Origin: Candidatus Hydrogenedentota bacterium
GTDB taxonomy: Bacteria > UBA8481 > J006
Reading direction: 5' to 3'
Length of the DNA: 64,000 nucleotides
Assembly (NCBI GenBank): GCA_003697085.1
Contig: RFFU01000040.1
Span: 3,133-67,132, forward strand
Part shown: positions 1 to 9,710 of the stretch, one piece after another
How positions within the stretch are numbered: the first letter of the stretch is position 1
Layout of the letters: every line of letters starts with the position of its first letter
Notes under the pieces: model-generated
Told to the model about the DNA's origin: nothing
What the model saw: the letters and a program-made list of their open reading frames with translations, nothing else
Databases searched by the model: none
Program-made: the position numbers and the translations under genes

Positions 1-776
1 TTGGTGGGAGGCGTCGGCGAGAAGGTGAACGTGAAACGGCCGTTACGAAGAGTGAGTCGGAGGCCGACGGGGAGGATTTCCTCGCCGTCCTCGAGAAAGT
101 CTTCAACACTCACGCTTTGATCAGGCAAACGGGTGAAAGCCGTTTCAAAGCGGCGGGCCTGCGTTTCGAGAATCGCTTTCAACATTTCGTCGAGGGGATG
201 ATTCCGCTTTTCGAGCGCCTCGAGTCTCTCGAAGCCGGCGTGGAGGGCGGCGGTTTGAGCCTGAAGGTCGGCGCGGCGTTCCCGCGGGTTCCGGCTCCGC
301 CGCGCGAATTCCTCGAGAAGCGAGTTCGAGAAGCGCGTGGGCGCGATCCGGAATCCTTCCTCCGCAATTTCCCTCGTTCCCGCCATCGAGCCGGGATGGA
401 GTCCTCCGACATCGGCGTGATGGGCGCGGACGGCGAGCCAAAGTCCCGCCTTCGCACGCGCCGCCAACGTGATGTCGGGAAGATGGGTTCCTCCCGCGAA
501 GGGGTCGTTGAGGATCAGAATTTCGCGCTCATCCGGCTCGAGCGCGCGGCAGGCTGCAACCGCAGTATCGATCGAGCCGAGGTGGACGGGGATGTGCGCC
601 GCTTGCGCCGCCACTTCGAGGCCGTGCTCCGTTTCGATCAATAACGCGCAGGAATAATCTCTTCGTGTCTTGATGTTGGGCGAATCCGCCGCTCGCCGCA
701 GTCGGTTCCCCATCTCCTCGCAGATTCCCGCCGCAATCTCGGCGTAAATCTCCATCCGTGCTTCCGAGACGATCAC
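1..776 (-). CDS. Hydantoinase B/5-oxoprolinase subunit (partial, 3' end beyond window)
   Basis: Absent from the ORF track because there is no stop in the window. Manual translation from GTG 776 (overlapping the upstream TGA) gives MEIYAEIAAGICEEMGNRLRRAADSPNIKTRRDYSCAL...QAAHIPVHLGS...LNDPFAGGTHLPD...RAHHADVGG, which are hallmark HyuB motifs. Confidence 0.9.
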   Translation of the reverse strand, partial: MIVSEARMEIYAEIAAGICEEMGNRLRRAADSPNIKTRRDYSCALLIETEHGLEVAAQAAHIPVHLGSIDTAVAACRALEPDEREILILNDPFAGGTHLPDITLAARAKAGLWLAVRAHHADVGGLHPGSMAGTREIAEEGFRIAPTRFSNSLLEEFARRSRNPRERRADLQAQTAALHAGFERLEALEKRNHPLDEMLKAILETQARRFETAFTRLPDQSVSVEDFLEDGEEILPVGLRLTLRNGRFTFTFSPTPPT

Positions 777-2710
777 GAATCGATCCTTTCGAGCCGGAGG
801 TCGTTCCCCCAGAGGCCTCGGACCGAGATCGCCGTCCAATTCTCAGCGACGAAGACGGTGGTGTCGGAGGCGAGAATGACGGCGGGGCCGGGGACGGGAC
901 CGGCGATTTCGCCCCAGTCGTAAACCGGATACGCGATGTCATCGGAGAGGTCTCGAATTCGGCTTGCTTCGACGTCCTTTTCGATCGAAAAGCGCGGCGG
1001 TGCGGCCCCCTCGGCCTCCAGAAGAATGTCCTGAATGACAATCGGATCTTGACGGCGGTAACCGTGGAGCATTTCGTGAAGACGATGAAAAACGGATTCC
1101 GGCCCGGTCGATTCGTTCCAGGGAACAGGTATGGTACTCGATTGTCCGCGATAGCGGCAGAAGGCCGTTTTGCGGAATGTGGTTTCGGGGATCGGGCCGA
1201 GGTCGGAGAGGACGCGGCGTTCGAGGGATTTCCAGGGAAGGATCCCGGGATTGCGAACGGCATCGTTCCAGGAAACGAGGACGGATTTCCGTGCGAGGGA
1301 GCGAGGAGGAGCGGAGAGCATTCCAAGGGCGGAGAGGACGCCGGCTCCTTGCGGGATCAGGACCGTGCGGCAGCCGAGGGCGTCGGCGAGCGTGCAGGAA
1401 TGAAGCGGTCCCGCGCCGCCGAACGGGATCAATACGGCTTCCGCCGGATCGTAACCGGCCTCGACGGCGACGGCTCGGCAGGCACGGCTCATTCTTGCTT
1501 CGATCACCTCGAGCGCGATCGCGGCGGTTTCCTTCGGATTGAGTCCGAGAGGATGTCCGACCTTTGCCAGGGCGTTCTCGGAGAGTTCTCGTGAGAGCGT
1601 GAGACCGCCGGGGAGGCGGAGGCGCGGTATGTGTCCGAGAAGGAGGTGGCAGTCGGTGACGGTCGGCGGACCGCTTCGGCCGTAGCAAGCCGGGCCGGGA
1701 TCCGCTCCCGCGGATTCCGGACCGACGCGGATGGTACCGTCTTGGTTCCGGATAATGCTTCCCCCTCCGGCACCGATCGTCTCAACTCCGACACGTGTTC
1801 CTCCGACGAACCACCCTCCGACGGAGAGGGCGTCCCGGAGGGAGGTTCGTCCCTTCTCGATCAGGCAGAGGTCCGTGCTCGTGCCGCCCATATCGAAGGC
1901 GAGCGCGGTCGTGAGTTGATGATGGCGCGATACGGCCGCGGCGCCCGCCGCTCCGCCCGCGGGACCGGAAAGAAGGGTGCGTACTGGAAAGTCCGCCGCG
2001 GATTTCGGCCGGATGACACCGCCGTGAGAGGCGAGGATCGAGAAGCGTTTGGGTGAGGCGATCTCCCGTAAGTGACGGGCGAGTTTCGAAAAGAAGGGAC
2101 GGATTCGAGGAATCAACATCGCATTGATAACCGTTGTCATCGCCCGCTCGTACTCGTTCTGGACGGGCAGGACTTCGGAGGAAAGAACGATGGGACAGGT
2201 GAGTGGGAGAGAAGCGCGTAGGGCACATTCCACGGAATCGTCGAGGTGAGAGAAGAGGAGGCAGACGGCAAGGGATTCGAGATCGGGCGGAAGGCGCTTT
2301 CGGAGGGCGGCGATGTTTTCGGCGGCGAGGGTGTGACGGAAAGAATCAGAAACGGGGGGTATGTTGAATTCAAGGACCAAGTCGGGGGGGAGGGGAGGTT
2401 CGATCGGGCGCGGATGGAAATCGTAGAGCGCGGGGCGTTGCTGGCGACCGATCGAGAGCAGATCACGGAAGCCGCGGTTGGTAACGAGCGCGGTTCTTGC
2501 CAGCGAACGGGTGAGGACGGCGTTGGTGGCGACCGTCGTTCCGTAACGGATGTCGCTTCTCGAAGGGAGGCTTTCCGCGATGGCAAGGACGGGTTTTTCG
2601 GGAGCGTGAGGTTGAGAGGGGATTTTTGAAAGGTGCGCGGTTTTGTCCGGGCCGACGGAGACGACGTCGGTGAAGGTACCGCCGGTATCGATTCCCGTGA
2701 TCGTGGTCAT
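773..2710 (-). CDS. Hydantoinase A/5-oxoprolinase (ATP-dependent) subunit
   Basis: Motifs GIDTGGTFTD, GTTVATNA, LLSGPAGG, DMGGTSTD, GAGGGSI, GPESAGADPGPACYG, FGGAGPLH; start moved to ATG 2710 (MTTITGIDTGG). Confidence 0.92.
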   Translation of the reverse strand: MTTITGIDTGGTFTDVVSVGPDKTAHLSKIPSQPHAPEKPVLAIAESLPSRSDIRYGTTVATNAVLTRSLARTALVTNRGFRDLLSIGRQQRPALYDFHPRPIEPPLPPDLVLEFNIPPVSDSFRHTLAAENIAALRKRLPPDLESLAVCLLFSHLDDSVECALRASLPLTCPIVLSSEVLPVQNEYERAMTTVINAMLIPRIRPFFSKLARHLREIASPKRFSILASHGGVIRPKSAADFPVRTLLSGPAGGAAGAAAVSRHHQLTTALAFDMGGTSTDLCLIEKGRTSLRDALSVGGWFVGGTRVGVETIGAGGGSIIRNQDGTIRVGPESAGADPGPACYGRSGPPTVTDCHLLLGHIPRLRLPGGLTLSRELSENALAKVGHPLGLNPKETAAIALEVIEARMSRACRAVAVEAGYDPAEAVLIPFGGAGPLHSCTLADALGCRTVLIPQGAGVLSALGMLSAPPRSLARKSVLVSWNDAVRNPGILPWKSLERRVLSDLGPIPETTFRKTAFCRYRGQSSTIPVPWNESTGPESVFHRLHEMLHGYRRQDPIVIQDILLEAEGAAPPRFSIEKDVEASRIRDLSDDIAYPVYDWGEIAGPVPGPAVILASDTTVFVAENWTAISVRGLWGNDLRLERIDS

Positions 2711-2786
2711 AGAAGGTACGGTATGAAGAACGGAGGAGTGAATCAAGCCGATGCAGCGCGTTTGGGGAGGAAGCGGGGGATTAGCT

Positions 2787-3000
2787 GGAGCGCGGACTTT
2801 CTTGTCTGCAGATTGCCGATCCACCCGTGGTGTCATTCCGGGGAGGCCGGAGGCCGACAAGGAATCCCCCAGAAGTGTTAGCGCCCGCGTTATTCTCCCT
2901 CACCGGTGCAGGGACCTTCCTGCCGCGACGCATCACAGCGCAGGCAGGGACGGGTGGGGACGAGGGGTAGGAGATTGCCGCCTCCGCGGGACACCGCGTG
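2787..3000. repeat. Cluster of REP-like palindromic remnants in the divergent intergenic region
   Basis: GGAGCGCGGACTTTCTTGTCTGC, GTCATTCCGGG...GGAATCC, CCTGCC...GGCAGG inverted pair, GGAGATTGCCGC; these resemble known extragenic palindrome families. Confidence 0.45.
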
Positions 3001-3106
3001 GCGGCAATTCCAGGGCTCGAACGCACCTTGGAACGACAAGGGGTTCGTCCTGGGAGGCGGAAGGATTTGTTCAAGATTGGAAGGAAAAAGGCCGAGAAGA
3101 AATACG

Positions 3107-3352
3107 ATGATACGTGTCACGAGGATTAATGATAAGGAGTTCTGGATTGCGAGCGAGCAGATCGAATCGGTGGAAGCGACACCGGACACAGTGGTGACAC
3201 TGTTGTCGGGAAAGAAGGTGATCGTCAAAGAAAGTCCGGAGGAGATCCGGCGCCGGATCATCGAGTACCGAGGGATGGTGATTCGGGAGGGAGCAAAAGT
3301 TGTGGAAAACTCGGGGAAAGAAAGTTCGGGCCCCGAGGAGGGAGACATTTGA
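3107..3352 (+). CDS. flbD: FlbD (SwrD) family flagellar protein
   Basis: MIRVTRINDKEFWIASEQIESVEATPDTVVTLLSGKKVIVKES; directly upstream of motA. Confidence 0.88.
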   Translation: MIRVTRINDKEFWIASEQIESVEATPDTVVTLLSGKKVIVKESPEEIRRRIIEYRGMVIREGAKVVENSGKESSGPEEGDI

Positions 3353-3429
3353 CGGGAAGGTGTGAAAGCGTTTAGTGTAGCGTTGCCTGGCATATTGTAA
3401 GGAACGCAGTTGAGATGCAGTAAGGGTGG

Positions 3430-4212
3430 TTGAACGTGGATCCATTTTACATAGTTTCATTGATCTTCGGTGTGGGTTCGATCGTTGTGATGACGATCCT
3501 ATCGGCCCACGGTGACGTCAGGAACTTCATCGACATTGCATCGGTTTTCTGCACCGTCGGAGGAACGACGGTCGCGACACTGATTTCCACGCATTACAAG
3601 AATTACAAGAAGGTCTGGCAGTTGGCGGTGATCGGAGCGAAGCCGCCGAAGGAGAACCCCCGGGACATCATTCCGACTTTGGTTTCGTTCGCGGAGAAGG
3701 CGCGGCGGGAGGGGCTTTTGGCTTTGGAGGACAACATCGAGGAATTGGACGACGAATTCCTGAAGAAAGGGATTCAGTTGGTCGTGGACGGAACGGATCC
3801 GGAGTTGGTGAAAGCGATCATGAACACGGAGTTGAACGCGCTGGCGACGCGGCATGAAGCGGCGAACAAGATTTATCGAGACATGGCGGCGTTGGCTCCG
3901 GCCTGGGGAATGATCGGCACGCTGATCGGACTCGTTTTGATGTTGAAAAATCTTTCGGATCCGTCTCAGATCGGACAGGGCATGGCGACGGCCTTGATCA
4001 CAACATTTTACGGAGCGGTTCTGGCGAACGGGGTCTTCAGCCCGGTCGCGAACCGTCTGGAGGAATACTCGCGGGTGGAGTATACTACGAAAGAGGTGAT
4101 GATCGAGGGTATGTTATCGATTCAGTCCGGAGACAACCCGCGGATCGTGGAAGAGAAATTGTTGGCGTTTCTGTCGCCGGCGGAGCGCCGGCAGGCGCGG
4201 CAATCGCGCTGA
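3430..4212 (+). CDS. motA: Flagellar stator protein MotA/PomA
   Basis: AEKARREGLLALE, APAWGMIGTLIGLV, ALITTFYG, GDNPR motifs. Confidence 0.95.
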   Translation: MNVDPFYIVSLIFGVGSIVVMTILSAHGDVRNFIDIASVFCTVGGTTVATLISTHYKNYKKVWQLAVIGAKPPKENPRDIIPTLVSFAEKARREGLLALEDNIEELDDEFLKKGIQLVVDGTDPELVKAIMNTELNALATRHEAANKIYRDMAALAPAWGMIGTLIGLVLMLKNLSDPSQIGQGMATALITTFYGAVLANGVFSPVANRLEEYSRVEYTTKEVMIEGMLSIQSGDNPRIVEEKLLAFLSPAERRQARQSR

Positions 4213-4952
4213 TGCCGCCGCCGAAGAAATGTCCGGATCCCGGAGCCCCCGCATGGATGTTGACCTTCGGCGATATGAACACGCTTCTTTTGACCTTCTT
4301 CGTCTTTCTGATCACGACGATGACCGTGGATATCAAGAAATTCAATCTCGTTCTTTCCGCCTTCCAGGGGGCGATCGGTGTTATGGAGCAAGGAAAGAGC
4401 ATCAACTTGACGCGGGAAGAACTGATGAACATGGGGCAGAAGACGGAGAGGCTGGGCCAACAAAAACAGATCGTGCGGCCGACCCAAGAGGTCCAGCAGA
4501 TTCTCGGGTGGATATCGAAGAACTTCAAGAAGAAGGAAGTGCAGGTCCAGATCACGGAGCGGGGTTTCAAGATTCTTTTGACGGACGAGGCGATCTTCGA
4601 GCGTGGATCGGATCGCCTTACGCCGGACGCGCGGAATCTCGTCGGGCGGATCGCGTACTTCCTGAACACGGTCGTGCCGCGCGACAATTTGCGCGTGGAG
4701 GGGCACACGGACGACGTGCCGATCGAGGGAGCGCGGGGGTTTCGAAGCAATCTGGTGTTATCGGCGGCGCGGGCGGCACGGGTTTACGAGGCGTTGGAGA
4801 ATTTCGGCGTGCGGCCTGAGCGGATGTCGATCGCGGGATACGGAGCAATGCGGCCAGTGAAGCGCCGGGAGGGGGAGAGCATCGAGGCCTGGCGAGCGCG
4901 GAACCGCCGGGTGGAAATCGTGGTTTTATGGAGGCAGGGAGAAAGTGGCTGA
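4212..4952 (+). CDS. motB: Flagellar stator protein MotB
   Basis: WMLTFGDMNTLLLTFFV TM with the conserved Asp; OmpA-like domain VEGHTD...NRRVEI. Confidence 0.95.
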   Translation: MPPPKKCPDPGAPAWMLTFGDMNTLLLTFFVFLITTMTVDIKKFNLVLSAFQGAIGVMEQGKSINLTREELMNMGQKTERLGQQKQIVRPTQEVQQILGWISKNFKKKEVQVQITERGFKILLTDEAIFERGSDRLTPDARNLVGRIAYFLNTVVPRDNLRVEGHTDDVPIEGARGFRSNLVLSAARAARVYEALENFGVRPERMSIAGYGAMRPVKRREGESIEAWRARNRRVEIVVLWRQGESG

Positions 4953-5493
4953 GGAAGAGGCGGTAGAGGCGCAGGAAAGCACGGCAAAGCGGGAATCGCT
5001 TCTGGAGTCGAAGGGGGTCCGCTTGGCTCTGGGGATATTGGCGATCGTCGTTCTGGTTGCCATCGTGGTAGGGATCGCCTACGTGGTGGCGAAGAAGGTC
5101 GGCCTGGACCAACGCTCCACGGGGTCGGTGATCCGGCAAGAAAAGGAAGAGATTCAGCCTCCCCCGGAGGTGTCCGATCTGGGAACCTTCACCACGGTCC
5201 TCTTCGACGAGGGGGGGCGGCCGTACAGTATGAAGATCCACGTGAAGATCGCCGTCAATTCGGATCGTCCTGATAAGCCGGAGGTGACACGGGAGATTTC
5301 CGAACGAAGCGACCAGTTGACGGATGCCGTCTACGAGGTGCTTTCGGCGACGAATCCGAAGAATTTCATCGGCGGGCCGAACAAACTCCAGCAGGGGTAC
5401 AAGGAATTGCGGGCCAGTCTCAAGAAGGCGATCAATTCGCGGATGAAGCACAAGGTCGATGACGTTTTGCTTGTGGAGCGTGTGATCCAGTGA
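4945..5493 (+). CDS. fliL: Flagellar basal body-associated protein FliL
   Basis: Single N-terminal TM, FliL-like C-terminal domain, position between motB and fliM. Confidence 0.8.
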   Translation: MAEEEAVEAQESTAKRESLLESKGVRLALGILAIVVLVAIVVGIAYVVAKKVGLDQRSTGSVIRQEKEEIQPPPEVSDLGTFTTVLFDEGGRPYSMKIHVKIAVNSDRPDKPEVTREISERSDQLTDAVYEVLSATNPKNFIGGPNKLQQGYKELRASLKKAINSRMKHKVDDVLLVERVIQ

Positions 5494-6602
5494 CGGAGGT
5501 TCTTTCTCAGGAGGAGATCGACGCCCTTCTGACGGCGATCTCGACGGGGGACATCGAGACGGAGGCGCCGGCGGCGGGCACGGGCGCTCCCGCCGCGGCC
5601 GAAGTGTCACTCGGCGGGCCGGCCGTGACGCCTTCCCCGACGGCGAAGGCGGCCCAACGGCATCGCAGAATCAAAATCTACGACTTCAAACGGCCGGATA
5701 AGTTTTCGAAGGACCAAATTCGAACGCTGCAGATGATGCACGAGGCGTTCGCTCGGTTGGCCACCACCGCTCTCTCGGCGCGCCTGAGGACGCTCGTGGG
5801 GGTCCACGTCTCCAGCGTGGATCAGTTGACGTACGAAGAGTTCATCAAGTCGATTCCGAACCCGACCACCTTGGCGGTGGTGGATATGAGCCCGTTGAAA
5901 GGGAGCGCGGTTCTCGAGATGGATCCGGCGATCACCTTCTCGATGATCGACCGTCTCTTCGGGGGCAAGGGGAAGCCGGTGAATTTGAACCGAGAGATGA
6001 CGGACATCGAGCGGGGGGTGATCGAGCGGATCATACTGAGAATTCTGAACGATTTGAAAGAGGCCTGGGCGAACGTGGTCGATCTTCGGCCGCGCCTGGC
6101 GACCTTCGAGTCGAATCCGCAGTTTGTTCAGATCGTCCCTCCGAACGATATGACTGTTTTGATCACATTGGAGACGCGGGTCGGAGAGGTCGAGGGATTG
6201 ACGAACCTCTGTATTCCGTACATCACATTGGAGCCGATTATCACGAAACTCTCGGCCCAATATTGGTATTCCTCGATCCGGCGCGGCAAGGCCACCGACT
6301 CGCTCGACTCCATCAAGGGGCGCCTGGCGCGCACGCCGATCCCTGTCGTCGGAGTCTTGGGATCCACGACGATCACGATGCGGGAGTTGATGAGTTTGAA
6401 GGTCGGCGATGTCTTGAAATTGGATCAGCCCATTACGGCTGAGGCTTCGGTGCGGGTCCACAACCGGAGGAAGTTTCAGGGGAGAGTCGGAATATCGGGC
6501 CGGAAGATGGCGATTCAGATTACGCGCCTGGTGGAGGATCTCTATTCGGACGAGATGGTCTTCAAGAAGGGCGGGAAGCGAGGTGAGGCGAAGTATGGCT
6601 GA
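5490..6602 (+). CDS. fliM: Flagellar motor switch protein FliM
   Basis: VLSQEEIDALL, IYDFKRPDKFSKDQIRTL, ESNPQFVQIV; C-terminal SpoA domain. Confidence 0.97.
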   Translation: MTEVLSQEEIDALLTAISTGDIETEAPAAGTGAPAAAEVSLGGPAVTPSPTAKAAQRHRRIKIYDFKRPDKFSKDQIRTLQMMHEAFARLATTALSARLRTLVGVHVSSVDQLTYEEFIKSIPNPTTLAVVDMSPLKGSAVLEMDPAITFSMIDRLFGGKGKPVNLNREMTDIERGVIERIILRILNDLKEAWANVVDLRPRLATFESNPQFVQIVPPNDMTVLITLETRVGEVEGLTNLCIPYITLEPIITKLSAQYWYSSIRRGKATDSLDSIKGRLARTPIPVVGVLGSTTITMRELMSLKVGDVLKLDQPITAEASVRVHNRRKFQGRVGISGRKMAIQITRLVEDLYSDEMVFKKGGKRGEAKYG

Positions 6603-7716
6603 GGGAATGTTGACACAGGAAGAGATTGACGCGTTGCTTTCGGGCGCGGCGCTGGACGACACCGATTCGACCGCCGGTGTGACATCGCCGGGGGGCGGGA
6701 CGACCGCGCCGGCCGCGGCTCCGGCGGCTCAGGCTTCCCCCGGAGGCGCGTTGGATGGAGAGAGTCTCAAGGCGCTCGGAGAACGTCTCAAGCAATGTAT
6801 GGCCTCGGCCGGTGAGACGGCCTCGACCCTGATCGGAAAGCCGATCACGCTGACGCCGATTTCCGTCGATATGCTCGATGACGACGGCCTGAGTGCGGTA
6901 TTGCCGCCGGATTCGGTGGGGTTCGAGTTTTCCTTGAGTGGTGGTTTGACAGGGCCGGCGGCGGTCGTTTTGAGTCGTCCGGAAGCGGCGGTCATCGCCG
7001 CCACGCTGATGGGCTCGTCGGAAATCCCCGAAGGCGACCTCGACGAACTGCACCAACAGGCGGCGAAGGAAGGCGTAACCCATCTCGTCAATGCTCTGAC
7101 GACGGCGATGGGACGGGAACTGCTTTCGGATGTACAGGCGGGCGAGATTTCGATCCGTGCCAACGCCGGGTCTCCGCCTCCGTTGGCGGGCAGCGGCTTG
7201 CGCGCCGTCGCGCAGTACAGCCTCGAGATCGAGGGAGGGGGTTCGGGGATGCTGGCGTTGGTGATGGATTCCGGCAGCGCGCGGAAACTCAGCGGGGTCC
7301 AGGAGAAGCCGCTCGTTCAGGTTGTGTCGGAGCCCGCGGGGGCGCCGGCGGCGACATCCGGAGCGGGAGCGACCGGCGCGGCGGGAGCGGGAGGCGGAGT
7401 CGCTGTCCAGCAGGTTCAGTTTCCCGCGTTGACCCCATCGTTGACGGAAGGTCAGCAGAAGAACATCGAGATTCTTCTCGATGTCTCGATGCAGGTGACG
7501 GTGGAATTGGGGCGGACGACGATGATGATCCGCGACATACTCGAGCTGGGAACGGGTTCGATCATCGAGTTGGACAAATTGGCGGGCGAGCCCGTGGATC
7601 TTCTGGTGAACAACAAGTTGATCGCGCGCGGTGAGGTCGTGGTGATCGACGAGAATTTCGGTGTTCGGGTGACGGACATCGTCAGTCCCTTGGAGAGGAT
7701 CAAGGGGTTGCAGTAG
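6595..7716 (+). CDS. fliY: Flagellar motor switch protein FliY/FliN (CheC-like middle domain plus FliN domain)
   Basis: N-terminal LTQEEIDALL; CheC-like middle; C-terminal LLDVSMQVTVELG...GEVVVIDENFGVRVT. Confidence 0.85.
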   Translation: MAEGMLTQEEIDALLSGAALDDTDSTAGVTSPGGGTTAPAAAPAAQASPGGALDGESLKALGERLKQCMASAGETASTLIGKPITLTPISVDMLDDDGLSAVLPPDSVGFEFSLSGGLTGPAAVVLSRPEAAVIAATLMGSSEIPEGDLDELHQQAAKEGVTHLVNALTTAMGRELLSDVQAGEISIRANAGSPPPLAGSGLRAVAQYSLEIEGGGSGMLALVMDSGSARKLSGVQEKPLVQVVSEPAGAPAATSGAGATGAAGAGGGVAVQQVQFPALTPSLTEGQQKNIEILLDVSMQVTVELGRTTMMIRDILELGTGSIIELDKLAGEPVDLLVNNKLIARGEVVVIDENFGVRVTDIVSPLERIKGLQ

Positions 7717-7720
7717 AAGG

Positions 7721-8446
7721 ATGAGGTTTCCGGGAGGGGAGATGAGAGAACGAGCCGTAGTTGTGGGAGCAGCGGTGGTGGTTTCGCTGGTCTTGGCGGG
7801 GGGGATTTCGCTGCCCGTCGCCGCCGCATCCTTTCGGCGTGGTATCGACGACTCTTTTTTCCGTCCGGGCGGGGCCTTGGACGAAGCGGGCGGAACGCCT
7901 TCGGCCGCCGCGGAGGCGAATCCCGCGGCTCCAACCGTGCGGCGCGCCGCAAAGGATCTTCTTGTCGAGACGCTGAAGATGACCGGGGCGCTTCTCTTCG
8001 TGATTGCGCTGATCTTCGCTACATCACGTTTCTTGCGAAAAGGACGACTGCCGTTCTTTCGGGACGGCCTGATTCGCCGGATCGCGGCCGAGCCTCTTTC
8101 GGGGAACAATTTTCTTCACGTGGTCGAGATTGGAGGAAAGGTTCTCGTCTTGAGTGTCGGAGAGAAGGGTGTGGGCAAGATTGCGGAGTTGGAAGGGGAA
8201 GCGGCGGATCGCGTGAAGTTATGGGATTCCCGCCGGGAAGGCGAGGGGCGGGGCGGAGGCGAGGAGAGCGCCCGGCCTACGGTACCGCGCGAATCCTTTC
8301 GGCGGGCGCTTTCGCGGTTTATCGAGCCGGAAGAGGTGCCGAGAAGTGCGACGGCTCGAAACCCGCTTTCGGACGCCGCAGTGTTTCTCGAGCGGGAGCG
8401 GGAACGTTTGGCGGGTCTGGGTTGGAGGGAGGTGAGGCCGAGATAG
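7721..8446 (+). CDS. fliO: Flagellar biosynthesis protein FliO/FliZ
   Basis: TM followed by EPLSGNNFLHVVEIGGKVLVLSV; lies between fliY and fliP. Confidence 0.78.
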   Translation: MRFPGGEMRERAVVVGAAVVVSLVLAGGISLPVAAASFRRGIDDSFFRPGGALDEAGGTPSAAAEANPAAPTVRRAAKDLLVETLKMTGALLFVIALIFATSRFLRKGRLPFFRDGLIRRIAAEPLSGNNFLHVVEIGGKVLVLSVGEKGVGKIAELEGEAADRVKLWDSRREGEGRGGGEESARPTVPRESFRRALSRFIEPEEVPRSATARNPLSDAAVFLERERERLAGLGWREVRPR

Positions 8447-8590
8447 ACAAATTTTTTCGTTGAGTAGGATTCCGCGGATATTCCTTTCGAATGACGAAAG
8501 GCCCGCGGGGCCGGTCGGGTCAAGAGAGAGAGGCCGAAACCGGCGGTTGAGAACGCGGATGCAATACAGCAAGAAACACGGGAGGGTACG

Positions 8591-9430
8591 ATGGCAAAAA
8601 GGGAGGGAGAAAATTCGGTGATCTCCGCGGGTCGGGAGGAACGGTCCGGCTTGCGGAATTGGGGAAGAAAGAGTCTTCTTTCGATGGTTTTGATCGCCGT
8701 TTTCAGCACGGCGGTTGCGGCGGCGCTGCCTCATAAACCATCCCCGCCCTACGTGGCGCCTCTGCCAAAGATCACGTTCCTCCAGGGAACTGACAATCCG
8801 GAAGACGTCACCTTAGCCTTGAAATTCCTCTTCCTTCTGACGTTTTTCGCGGTGGCACCGTCGTTCGTCTTGATGACGACCTGTTACACGCGGATTGTGA
8901 TCATCCTTTCCTTCGTGCGGCGGGCCATGGGGACGCAGGATCTTCCTCCGACCCAGGTGACGTTGGCCCTGGCGCTCTTTCTTTCCTTCTTTGTCATGGC
9001 GCCGACGATCAAGGAGATCAAGGAGAAGGCCTGGGATCCTTACCAGGCGAAGCAGATCACGACCGTCGAGGCTTACGAAGCGGCGATCGGGCCGGTAAGG
9101 CGTTTTATGTTGAAGGAGACGCGCCCGAAGGACCTGGCGCTCTTCATCCGGATGTCCGGTCTTCCACGGCCGCGTAACGTCGATGACGTTCCGACGTACA
9201 TAATCGTTCCTTCCTTTATCGTGTCCGAACTGACGACGGCTTTCCTGATGGGAGTCTATATCTTCCTGCCGTTTCTCGTGATCGATATGGTCGTCGCTTC
9301 GACATTGATGTCGATGGGAATGATCATGCTTCCGCCGGTGATGATCAGCCTTCCCTTCAAGATTCTTCTCTTCGTTCTCGTAGACGGCTGGAACCTGATT
9401 GCGCTCAGCGCGGTCAAATCGTTCGGATAG
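8591..9430 (+). CDS. fliP: Flagellar export gate protein FliP
   Basis: MTTCYTRIVI, PPTQV, ISLPFKILLFVLVDGW. Confidence 0.97.
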   Translation: MAKREGENSVISAGREERSGLRNWGRKSLLSMVLIAVFSTAVAAALPHKPSPPYVAPLPKITFLQGTDNPEDVTLALKFLFLLTFFAVAPSFVLMTTCYTRIVIILSFVRRAMGTQDLPPTQVTLALALFLSFFVMAPTIKEIKEKAWDPYQAKQITTVEAYEAAIGPVRRFMLKETRPKDLALFIRMSGLPRPRNVDDVPTYIIVPSFIVSELTTAFLMGVYIFLPFLVIDMVVASTLMSMGMIMLPPVMISLPFKILLFVLVDGWNLIALSAVKSFG

Positions 9431-9440
9431 GAGAGATTCG

Positions 9441-9710
9441 ATGACGCAGCACATGGCGGTGGATCTGACGCGGGATGTTCTCACAATGACGATCATCATC
9501 GCTTCTCCGATGCTGGTCATCGGCCTCATCGTGGGCCTGATGATCTCCATCATCCAAACGACGACCTCCATTCAGGAGCAGACACTGACCTTCGTTCCGA
9601 AACTCTTCGCGATTCTCATTTCGGTTGCGATCTTTGGACCGTGGATGATCCGTATGATGACCGAATATGTTACGCTGTTGATCACAACGATGTCGCGGGT
9701 GGCGCCGTGA
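9441..9710 (+). CDS. fliQ: Flagellar export protein FliQ
   Basis: QTTTSIQEQTLTFVPKL; ATG at 9441 after a GGAG RBS. Confidence 0.96.
   Translation: MTQHMAVDLTRDVLTMTIIIASPMLVIGLIVGLMISIIQTTTSIQEQTLTFVPKLFAILISVAIFGPWMIRMMTEYVTLLITTMSRVAP

Noticed and set aside
117..644. 175-aa plus-strand ORF
   Set aside because: The region encodes hydantoinase B on the minus strand
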